From a virus (Duplodnaviria; Caudoviricetes), in IMG/VR virus record IMGVR_UViG_3300044633_001982: 64,000 bases of DNA. One strand, given 5' to 3'. A program made the position numbers and the translations under genes. The notes under the pieces were generated by a model. The model saw only the letters and a list, made by a program, of their open reading frames with translations. It searched no databases and was not told where the DNA came from. Positions 56,401-64,000 of the stretch are shown here, piece after piece; position 1 is the first letter of the stretch; each line of letters begins with the position of its first letter.

Positions 56401-58851
56401 GTACAACCAGGAGGAACCTCTACAGGTAATAAAAAAAGGTCAGTACGACACAATCAAATTGTTAATAATAATTCGGCTGACCAATTCGGAGGAAGAATGT
56501 TTTTTCCGTCATGGTTTTTCCAACCTGGAACTGAGTTCCAACCATTTCAGACTGAATTAACTAAATACTATGGTAGTATGGATGCAAGTTTAATTAATGC
56601 ATTTAATGTTATACCATGGGAAACATCATCAACAAATTTGAATTCGTTACAAGTAGGGCAAAATTCCGAAGGTTATCTTCTTGTGAAAATGAAAGGTCAA
56701 ACATTACAATGTGAAGAAGATATGCAGGCAAGTACTGGGTATGGATGTAATGCTTTTACCGCTCACTATGAATGGGAAGGTGATGATAAATGGGGATTTC
56801 CTCCACAACCTAACGATAATGCACTTGTTAATGGTGTTGGTGAGAATGGTGGAAGTACTTGGGGAGGTTCGGCATATATGTTACACTATGCGGATAATGG
56901 TTTATTAGGTGACTCAGTTGACGGGTGTTCTTTTATGTATATGCATTTTGGTGGTGATAATAATGAATGGAAGAAAAGTAGGTCAGTATATTATTCACCA
57001 TCTTATTTAAATGGTACACCTCCTGGAACCTATGGTAATTTTGGTAAAACTTTAATAGATAATCCTACAAATATTGTTTTTCGTTCAGACAGACTACCAA
57101 CGTCTACTACCACCACTACCGCTCAACGTAACCATTTTTTATTTTTCCAAAATAGAAATTTCTCAGCATTTAGGATTTCTGATACAGGTGAAGTGTACGC
57201 TTCCTCAAGTAGTGTTGATGGTATTGAATTAGAAAACGCTTTATTTTCTGACGGTTCTACTTTAGGGGCGTTGAATGACCAAGTAGTTGCAAGTTTTAGT
57301 GAATGTGCAAGTGCGGTACCTTTGAAATGTTATAACATTGATAATGATGGTGTTGTTATAATTGATGATTTTCCTGACTGTACCACAGGACCATTAGGAA
57401 TACCTTATTTTCAAAATGGTAAAGGATGTTATTCATTAGTTACTATACCTATTATTGGTATTCCTTGGGATTTTTTCAGGATTAATGAATGGTATAAAAG
57501 AACTTTAACAAGTTTATTTTTATGTATGGAAGGTATTCAGTATCATTTCTTTAATAATTGGGTTAGTGGTAACCTATTTATGCCAACATTTTATAGTATT
57601 ACTGAATTAAATAACGACGGGTTTCCTGTCAGAAGATATTGTGAAGATATTATTGTCTTTCATGAAGACTCAAAAAATTATTATTATAGAAGTAGTCCGT
57701 ATAGATACGGATATGGTTTTATAGGCGGTAGGACTCGACAAAGAAATGAAATTGCGGGATTAAATAATTATGTAAGGGGGAACTATAGGAATTTAAAAAC
57801 TCCAACAACAATAATAAATTTAGGACCAATAACTAGTTACACTCAAGAATTAGTTCAAGGTGTTGGATATTCAGGGTATATTGCAAATACATTAACACCA
57901 TCAAGTTTTAGAGATATTACAGATATTGTTAATTTTTTTGTAGCATCTAGACAAATTGAAACTGCTTATGAACAGGCCGTAAACACATTTGTTGCGATAA
58001 GTTTGGCTATAGTAAATCCTGGAATACTTTTAGTAGTTGGTGGAGGAGACCCCACTAAAAACTTTTTTGGAGATAGAAACTCAAGAGAACCAGATAAAGT
58101 AAATGCGGATTTAGCACAAATGATTTCAATTAATTCGGAATATGGTGTTAAACCTTTTAATCCTGCAGGATACCCTTCAGCAAACTCGATAAGAATTATA
58201 CCAATATATAATCTTTTTGATATTAATGTATTGTTAACTGCATTGGCGTCAGGCGGTGTTGCAGCACTCTTAACACCGGCAAAATTCACAATAGGTATTT
58301 TCTTTAATAGTGATAATAGTAAAAGAGATGCAATTACACCTAAAAGAATTGTGTGGAATCAAAACGCTCAATTACCATTTCAACCAAACGATGTTACATT
58401 ATATACTCAACCAAGTCAATCTGTACCATTTTATCAATGGCAAAATGATTATATGACAAGGGCTGAATTTTTAGAATTACCGTTAGGGATTAATATTCCA
58501 TATCCTTTGTTAGGACGAGAAGTTATTTTTGGCTCGCATAAGAATGATTGGTACACAGAACCAATAAATAGTAATACCACTACATTCTTCCAAAGAAATA
58601 TACAGTACTTAGACAGGACCGAAAATACCTCAAGATATTTTATGGCGGAATCTAATCAGGCAAAATACATGAAAGGGTTTATTTATAATGTAGATAGTGA
58701 TGGTAATTTAAGAGAAGATTTAGGTAATATAACTGAAGACAAATATACAGTTGGTTCACCTTATCATTTTTATTTTGGATTAAAAAGAGGTAGAACTGCC
58801 GTAGATTTATTCTACATAAAATATGTTGATAGTGAAATTGTAATTGAATAA
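53467..58851 (+). CDS. Very large baseplate-associated protein with N-terminal prealbumin-like domain and hydrophobic helices
   Basis: GVICGRVFANNGFGVPNVKISLF...KTNDSGDYMIFGVPVG; long hydrophobic stretch near 55015-55215; TATTTAT motif upstream. Confidence 0.6.
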   Translation: MNSSYRVRTQVGVDKSVQVDLQQDFEVLEILSLKIYQRDVYTRVCSDYGVICGRVFANNGFGVPNVKISLFIPLSDEDAQNPEITNIYPYENISDLDVNGYRYNLLPKEQSHSGHVPTGSFPTREEILKEKSYYEVYDKYYKFTVKTNDSGDYMIFGVPVGSFTIFLDLDLSDIGQFSLNPQDLIRIGLATEGQVSGVKFNDSTNLNSLPQIISLTKQVEVLPLWGNEEICQPSITRTDFDLTAEANIDLTPTAVFMGSIMSTIDEAKIDNNCKIDKKVGDFCSLVTGPGQILAIRQTINYDTDVNSVTFGYPQLEKYNLQNDGYLIDENGAWLIEVPMNLDYIYTNEFGEQVISTDPTIGVPTKGKYRFKIKWNQSPSLSEQTRRAYFLVPNVKEWGWGEPGNTYNDDENPAFYPEYSTNDNYLRYQQSYAFSLDWYDYGDPTTSEGLEMIQDAINCEDRFYLFEFKKVYTVSQLMDKYKNGNKLRFIGIKNILNDDCSAENNKYPVNDAYRGSNIMFLLFRYILSVMKLLLFPLVVVMHAISLVLYIVNFILQIIVWLIYAPIYYFIAAVVAVVNFLAPGAPLNNPLKKTPAELSRIIWDKLRIKKIPLPLLLQSENECTFCECKEGENSQEYTNSAAGALLSELGNSCHFPLNDGGAVTPTLDIPGEQQQNFPQVIAGLPNSGGNCSARIPTSAYNSPWATGGLTYDDEREFLFSNSLTFAERINLSNTKQKYFRESTAIRTYVEPDLNGNQFHTDNVLVTLIQGCDDIYQPGALITFQDPSLSTDPNFELGINETADGLYQISGTSTSATSITVSYCTLDNNTLTGTKVYNLPLKDSEEYLTFARYRFDMEYFQVVTAITYSQFISLGNGSASDLSSHGTFYHRIFKTPMSVMFAKDTAGNQSQFEAEFKGTVFCNESSFSELANSKIVIMVRGVDPYSPKYKIKYDISRILNRGYGQVVVGGGEDVMFKLNIPVQPGGTSTGNKKRSVRHNQIVNNNSADQFGGRMFFPSWFFQPGTEFQPFQTELTKYYGSMDASLINAFNVIPWETSSTNLNSLQVGQNSEGYLLVKMKGQTLQCEEDMQASTGYGCNAFTAHYEWEGDDKWGFPPQPNDNALVNGVGENGGSTWGGSAYMLHYADNGLLGDSVDGCSFMYMHFGGDNNEWKKSRSVYYSPSYLNGTPPGTYGNFGKTLIDNPTNIVFRSDRLPTSTTTTTAQRNHFLFFQNRNFSAFRISDTGEVYASSSSVDGIELENALFSDGSTLGALNDQVVASFSECASAVPLKCYNIDNDGVVIIDDFPDCTTGPLGIPYFQNGKGCYSLVTIPIIGIPWDFFRINEWYKRTLTSLFLCMEGIQYHFFNNWVSGNLFMPTFYSITELNNDGFPVRRYCEDIIVFHEDSKNYYYRSSPYRYGYGFIGGRTRQRNEIAGLNNYVRGNYRNLKTPTTIINLGPITSYTQELVQGVGYSGYIANTLTPSSFRDITDIVNFFVASRQIETAYEQAVNTFVAISLAIVNPGILLVVGGGDPTKNFFGDRNSREPDKVNADLAQMISINSEYGVKPFNPAGYPSANSIRIIPIYNLFDINVLLTALASGGVAALLTPAKFTIGIFFNSDNSKRDAITPKRIVWNQNAQLPFQPNDVTLYTQPSQSVPFYQWQNDYMTRAEFLELPLGINIPYPLLGREVIFGSHKNDWYTEPINSNTTTFFQRNIQYLDRTENTSRYFMAESNQAKYMKGFIYNVDSDGNLREDLGNITEDKYTVGSPYHFYFGLKRGRTAVDLFYIKYVDSEIVIE

Positions 58852-60631
58852 CGATAATAAAATATCTATTGTCCTACCTACTGAAAGGTTTCAGGGGGCT
58901 CCTGAATTGGATAGTTATGTTGACATAAGTCTACAATCTAAACAAAAAGAAGTCATTGAGTATGATAGGAACTATAATCTTTTCTTAAACGATGTCTTTG
59001 ATAAGGAGAGACAGGAGTCGACTAATTTTAATCTATCCTCAAAGTTTTCCGTAATTTTTCAAAATACGTATACTGGTAAAACTAATTATACTCAATTTAG
59101 AAATAATCTTTTTTATATTAATGAAAATTACTATCAGCAATTAAGTTTCCAACCTAATTATGATGGTTATTGGGGAGGGTATCCTGAGTTTAAAGAATTT
59201 GATTTAACAAGGAATGACTATAATGTAAGTGGTTACACCACATTTGGTACTCCTCACATTTTATTTCCTCAAAATAAATCTGATATTTTAAATTGGTCTT
59301 TTTACATTTCTTATCCGTGTAGGAATAACTATACTAAAACTCTTTCAAACTATAATGGTTATTATCTTAATTGGACTGTTGGCGATGGAATTCCATTTAA
59401 AACTTACTATTCTCAAATTAATGGTGAAAATTTAATAACGTTTGAGTGTTTTGTTAAACACGGATTGTCAGTTGGGGAAAGTGTTCAATTATCGGTATCG
59501 TATACAAACCCATCAAATAACACTGTCACAAATATATTTGAAGTTTATTATTTAGGAAATGAAACCGTTGGTTCTGAAGAATATTACTTCTCAATCCAAA
59601 ATATAGGATTTTTAAATAACTTTTTAAATACCGATACCATAGGTACATTTAAAAGGGTTATTGACCCTGATAATTTAACTGAGACAACATCAAAATATTA
59701 TATTAGAGAACATATTATTTTAAATGATTATGAAAATTTAGTAATAACTCCCTCGGGGTTTGAAAGACAAATATTTTCAGATAATGGTAAATTTTTCCCA
59801 GCCGCTTTAACTACAAATAATTTAAATAAAGTTGCGTTTAAAGAAGGTACTACAGTTTATAATTTAACTAATAAATTTAAAATTGATATTAATACAATTA
59901 AAGATAATCAAAACAGACCGTTAACTGAGTTATATTATACAATAATAAATAAAGGTTCGTTTGGGTGGTTTAATGAACCAGTTAACCAAGGTAATACTTC
60001 TCTTAAACAAGGATGGGAATTTAATATTGACTATGAAAATTTATCACCTTATTGGAGAAGAAACCCAAATAATAGTAATTCCGACACCTCAATAACTGTT
60101 TCAAGTTATCAAAAAATTGATAATGGTAATACTTTTACATTTTATTATAATGATGATTTAAATGTTGGTGATTTTTTAGATGGTGCATTTTGTGAGTGGA
60201 ATGATTTTGAACAAAAAGAAAGAGAAATTTCTGAAATTTATCACAAATTTGTTTTAAATAGAAGTATATTAATAGATGATAATGCGACAATCGCGTCACA
60301 AATTAATCCAAAAGGTTATTATTATAAACCACATTATAAATTCACTCTTAGAGTTTTTTCTGACTATATTGAGACTGCTCCAATAACTGAAAATGTTGTT
60401 GATATTCCTGATTACGCGTTTTATTCGCAATCAGAACAAGAGTATCGTTGGAGAGATTTGTATCCTTATGGGTATATTGACGCTAATAATGTTGGAGTTG
60501 ATAATCCGTTTACAAATAATAGTCATTATATACATAATAATTTTCTATTTAAAATTTTACCTGAGGGGTCAAACATTGCAAACAATAACATAAACTTTAT
60601 TAACCAACCAATATCGGATGATTGTGAATAA
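58844..60631 (+). CDS. Putative baseplate/virion structural protein
   Basis: 595 aa, TTG start overlapping the previous stop; N/Y/F-rich beta composition typical of virion proteins. Confidence 0.6.
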   Translation: MNNDNKISIVLPTERFQGAPELDSYVDISLQSKQKEVIEYDRNYNLFLNDVFDKERQESTNFNLSSKFSVIFQNTYTGKTNYTQFRNNLFYINENYYQQLSFQPNYDGYWGGYPEFKEFDLTRNDYNVSGYTTFGTPHILFPQNKSDILNWSFYISYPCRNNYTKTLSNYNGYYLNWTVGDGIPFKTYYSQINGENLITFECFVKHGLSVGESVQLSVSYTNPSNNTVTNIFEVYYLGNETVGSEEYYFSIQNIGFLNNFLNTDTIGTFKRVIDPDNLTETTSKYYIREHIILNDYENLVITPSGFERQIFSDNGKFFPAALTTNNLNKVAFKEGTTVYNLTNKFKIDINTIKDNQNRPLTELYYTIINKGSFGWFNEPVNQGNTSLKQGWEFNIDYENLSPYWRRNPNNSNSDTSITVSSYQKIDNGNTFTFYYNDDLNVGDFLDGAFCEWNDFEQKEREISEIYHKFVLNRSILIDDNATIASQINPKGYYYKPHYKFTLRVFSDYIETAPITENVVDIPDYAFYSQSEQEYRWRDLYPYGYIDANNVGVDNPFTNNSHYIHNNFLFKILPEGSNIANNNINFINQPISDDCE

Positions 60632-61409
60632 TTTTAAAATATTACAAAATACAAATAATGAATATAAATTAGTATTTCCTGTCGAAACAGACAATACTTA
60701 TTTAGGTTTAGATATGGGGGTTGAAGTTATTCAAGATGAGGTAGTTAATGAAATAATTGGAACTCCTAAAAATTATGAAATTGCAAGGTTTGAATTTAAA
60801 CCACCATCTATTGTATATACCGCATCTAGTGTTAATTTTAAATTTAATTTTTATGGAGGACCATCAGATGGATGGGTTCTAAGTTACTCACCAATATTTG
60901 AATACCAACAGATTTATTATAATACAAATTCATTTTCAAATTCTTTCTATAAATTAGATTTTTATGATTCTCGTGAAAAAAAGAAACAAAAAATAATTTT
61001 TACATTAATAATACCCACACAACAAGGTGAAATAGTTTCAGAACAGATATTCCCAAGTTGGTACGCTAATGATGGGTTTGTTAATTTAAAGACACCATAT
61101 TTAAAATTAGATTATTTAAAAGATAAAGAAGGTTATTTTATTTATTTTTTGTCAGACCCGACACTATTAAACATAAATGAATTTTATGTAAGTTTTAAAT
61201 TTTTTGATGGGACTAAAGGACAATTTAAAAGTTTTTTAACAATTAATCCAACGACATTTACTAATAATAATTTTAATCCTGATGAGTATTCTTTTTTAAA
61301 AGTTGTTTTAGATTACTCGGATTATACGTATCAATATTTTGATAATAATAATAATGCAATAGGTACAGTAACTTCGCCAATAAATCTTTATGAATATGTT
61401 AACCCATAA
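60618..61409 (+). CDS. Putative virion structural protein
   Basis: 263 aa, overlaps both neighbours in the baseplate operon. Confidence 0.6.
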   Translation: MIVNNFKILQNTNNEYKLVFPVETDNTYLGLDMGVEVIQDEVVNEIIGTPKNYEIARFEFKPPSIVYTASSVNFKFNFYGGPSDGWVLSYSPIFEYQQIYYNTNSFSNSFYKLDFYDSREKKKQKIIFTLIIPTQQGEIVSEQIFPSWYANDGFVNLKTPYLKLDYLKDKEGYFIYFLSDPTLLNINEFYVSFKFFDGTKGQFKSFLTINPTTFTNNNFNPDEYSFLKVVLDYSDYTYQYFDNNNNAIGTVTSPINLYEYVNP

Positions 61410-62509
61410 TGGAAACTCAATATTATAGATATAAAATTTCACCTGAAGTTATTACCGGAGATGTTAGAACAGTTATTGTTGATAACGTATCTTATGGTGT
61501 AATATCGGGCATGACTGAAATTTTAAGTGGTGGTACAAACGGAAACTCGTTGTTAACAGATTTAAGTTTACCGATTTCATTATTTCAAACAGGTATTGAT
61601 TACGGATATTATGATGGGTTTGATGGTGATTTATTACAAAAGGATGTCGTTACTAATTTTTTATTTACACAAACAGATGGGTCATATGCGGTGGAATTCT
61701 TTAACACATCTGAAATGAGTCAGAAAAAATTATTATCAGAATCGACATATAAAGTAGATTGGGGTGATGGTTCACCATTACAAACTATTTCTGTTGTTGC
61801 TCCAACACCTGTTTCGCATACCTATCTTTCAGTACCTTATACATATACTATTAAATTAATACAAAAAAATCCGTGGGGTATAATTGAAGTTGAAAAAAAA
61901 GTAAATGTCCCGTATGAATTAATACCTAATGATAACCCTTACGGTGAGGTGACATTTACCCCCCAAGGAGGCTCATGGTCCAACATTCCCGTCAGTTATA
62001 ATTTTATTTTTAATGGTGATGCTGAAAATACAATTTCACAACAAGTAAGTTCAAATTATATTTCAGTACCATTTTATGTTACTGCAAGTACAAAATCACA
62101 ACTTTCAGAATTATCTCTTTATGGACCTCAAAAATACGTAGTTAATCAACCAATATATTCAGGTGTTGGAATTAATTCAATTTACAAAGGAGTTATTTTT
62201 GGAATTGACCCTAATGGTACATACACTGGGTATACAATTAATAATATTGATTACTATGATTTTAATGATGGTACAACAATATTGTATGTACAAAGTAGGG
62301 GATTAACATCTGAAATGTTAATTCAATCGGCAATTACTAAAAATGAGTATCTTTTAGGAGTAATTAATCAGCCGGAAATCTACTCAAATGTATTTATTGA
62401 AAGAGGGAAAGATTCGGGTATTGAAAAAACACAAAGATTAGGTGAGGTACAGAATATGGGTGATTTGATTAAATACGGATATAAATTCTTCAAAATTAAA
62501 AAATATTAA
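61409..62509 (+). CDS. PKD-domain-containing virion protein
   Basis: YKVDWGDGS...VSHTY...YTIKL is a PKD-like signature. Confidence 0.65.
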   Translation: METQYYRYKISPEVITGDVRTVIVDNVSYGVISGMTEILSGGTNGNSLLTDLSLPISLFQTGIDYGYYDGFDGDLLQKDVVTNFLFTQTDGSYAVEFFNTSEMSQKKLLSESTYKVDWGDGSPLQTISVVAPTPVSHTYLSVPYTYTIKLIQKNPWGIIEVEKKVNVPYELIPNDNPYGEVTFTPQGGSWSNIPVSYNFIFNGDAENTISQQVSSNYISVPFYVTASTKSQLSELSLYGPQKYVVNQPIYSGVGINSIYKGVIFGIDPNGTYTGYTINNIDYYDFNDGTTILYVQSRGLTSEMLIQSAITKNEYLLGVINQPEIYSNVFIERGKDSGIEKTQRLGEVQNMGDLIKYGYKFFKIKKY

Positions 62510-62511
62510 TT

Positions 62512-63420
62512 ATGGCAATAGGTTCATACGGTACAATTAGACCATCAGATGTTTCACCCGCGGATGTTGAAATAATACTTCATTATACCCCATCAAGAGA
62601 CTATACTGAAAATTTTGTATTAAAAAAACTTGATGCGTCTACTTTATTAACTCCGTATTTTAATAACAATAACACAGGTGGAAATCCTAATGTTGAAATT
62701 TTAGGCGGGTTATATAATTTAAAGTTACCATCAAATGAATTTAATAAATTAGGTATTTATACATTATATTTAAGACCTGTTCAAATTAGAACTGAAATAA
62801 GTGATTGTGGTGTTTTATCTTCATTACCAAATGTTAAAGGTATAGTAATTGACATTTCAAATGTACCAAGTCAATATCGTAACAAATTTGTCACACAAGG
62901 TTTAGTTGGATTTAGGGTTGAGTACTTAAATACCGATGGGTCAAAAGTACCTAATTTCTTCAGGTACATAACTTCAAGTTTTTATTGTGAACCTGTTACA
63001 CAAAATTTAACAACAACACAACAAAAAGTTGTTAGATATCGATACGTTGATAACGCATCTAATTTGATTTTCTGTACGTTAACTCCATCATCGGCTCCGA
63101 CAAATAAACCAAATGCGACTCCATATATTGGGGTACCTGGTCAAGATATTATAATTACAAATACATTTTTTAATCCTATTACTTTAGATGTTGAAATAGT
63201 TGAACACGATGCCTCAACACTGGCCTTAGCGTTATACGGTAATCAGACTAAATCAATGGATGACGGTATTTACACTATTTACGACTCAAGTAATAACATA
63301 TATAAACAATATAACTTATACGAAATTAGAGACCAATTTAACGAACTTCTTTATGAGGTTAGACAAGACAGAGATGGTAACATTGATTTCAGTAAAAGTT
63401 ACGATAATATAATCGCTTAA
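62512..63420 (+). CDS. Putative virion structural protein
   Basis: 302 aa within a tightly packed baseplate operon. Confidence 0.6.
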   Translation: MAIGSYGTIRPSDVSPADVEIILHYTPSRDYTENFVLKKLDASTLLTPYFNNNNTGGNPNVEILGGLYNLKLPSNEFNKLGIYTLYLRPVQIRTEISDCGVLSSLPNVKGIVIDISNVPSQYRNKFVTQGLVGFRVEYLNTDGSKVPNFFRYITSSFYCEPVTQNLTTTQQKVVRYRYVDNASNLIFCTLTPSSAPTNKPNATPYIGVPGQDIIITNTFFNPITLDVEIVEHDASTLALALYGNQTKSMDDGIYTIYDSSNNIYKQYNLYEIRDQFNELLYEVRQDRDGNIDFSKSYDNIIA

Positions 63421-64000
63421 TGGCTGTTACTAAGTATACATGTCCACCCCAAACCGCCGCTGGTTCTGGAACTTTCTCCAACAATTTGGTGGGGTTCCAA
63501 TTAGTGCAAGGTGGAGGGTTTACTCAAGGTAATTTTGAGTTTACGACTTCAGTAACTGAAAAGTCTAATAGAACTTTTGAGACTGGAGTATTTTCAAATC
63601 CAATTTCGTTAGAGAGTTTAAATACAACAATTGAACAAAGTAGGTCAATCCTATCAAATAATTTTCAAGTTTTTCCAAATATAGATTTAAGTGAAGTTAC
63701 TAGTTTTACGTTATATGGACCTCTTAATAAAAGACTTTCTTCTTCTGTTGAGCACATTGTAAATTATTTTCCTGCGGCTTTAGAGATAAGTAAAAATAGA
63801 CCTGATTTTACAAGTGGGGTTACTGCAAATAATATAATATTTGACCCTAATGATAATGTGACAGAATTTGAGATTGATATTGAATCAATATCAAATCCAT
63901 TTAATATTGACTTTACTACTAATGCGACTGTTAATTTATCATCTCGAGAGATTAAAGTATCGGATTTAAGAAATTTAACAGTTGAGTATCCTAATTACAT
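63420..64000 (+). CDS. Truncated ORF running off the window, probable baseplate wedge (gp7/GpI-like) protein
   Basis: Manual translation MAVTKYTCPPQTAAGSGTFSNNLVGFQLV...SFTLYGPLNKRLSSSVEHIVNYFPAAL... has no stop up to 64000; TAATG coupling with the previous gene. Confidence 0.7.
   Translation, partial: MAVTKYTCPPQTAAGSGTFSNNLVGFQLVQGGGFTQGNFEFTTSVTEKSNRTFETGVFSNPISLESLNTTIEQSRSILSNNFQVFPNIDLSEVTSFTLYGPLNKRLSSSVEHIVNYFPAALEISKNRPDFTSGVTANNIIFDPNDNVTEFEIDIESISNPFNIDFTTNATVNLSSREIKVSDLRNLTVEYPNY

Noticed and set aside
803-58289. Many 60-130 aa ORFs nested in or antisense to long genes
   Set aside because: They fully overlap well-supported genes and have no recognisable motifs or upstream signals.
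1-64000. Alternative genetic code (TAG or TGA recoding), seen in some jumbo phages
   Set aside because: Long genes (up to 2220 aa) are intact under the standard code, and TAG/TGA act as normal ends (25296, 15368, 26729).
1-64000. tRNA, rRNA or other structured RNA genes
   Set aside because: Intergenic gaps are short and AT-rich, and no cloverleaf or T-loop motifs were seen by eye; a tRNAscan/Infernal run would settle it.

Overview
This 64 kb window is part of a large, AT-rich (roughly 70% AT by eye) T4-like contractile-tailed jumbo phage genome read in the standard genetic code. It holds (i) a block of eight soluble glycosyltransferase-like genes (2380-10343) between putative fibre/virion genes and directly upstream of a protein with a ~190-aa Thr/Pro mucin-like stalk; (ii) a family B DNA polymerase; (iii) neck, tail-terminator, sheath, tube, chaperone, tape-measure and baseplate genes; (iv) a replication/recombination block (gp32-like SSB, RecA/UvsX, 5'-3' exonuclease, DnaB-like helicase, NrdB/NrdA); and (v) accessory enzymes (Mn-type SOD, SNF2 helicase, HAD-fold protein, flavodoxin-fold protein). 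Lack of Shine-Dalgarno motifs, the early-promoter shape and the RNR type point to a Bacteroidota host (inference). The strongest candidate for a new system is a phage-encoded, mucin-type O-glycosylation/fucosylation pathway next to its likely virion substrate. Other signals outside the ORF track are a probable +1 frameshift in the tail chaperone gene, a 48-aa ribbon-helix-helix gene, a recurring TATTTAT late motif and a hairpin in the polymerase leader. All family assignments come from motif recognition by eye; no searches were run.
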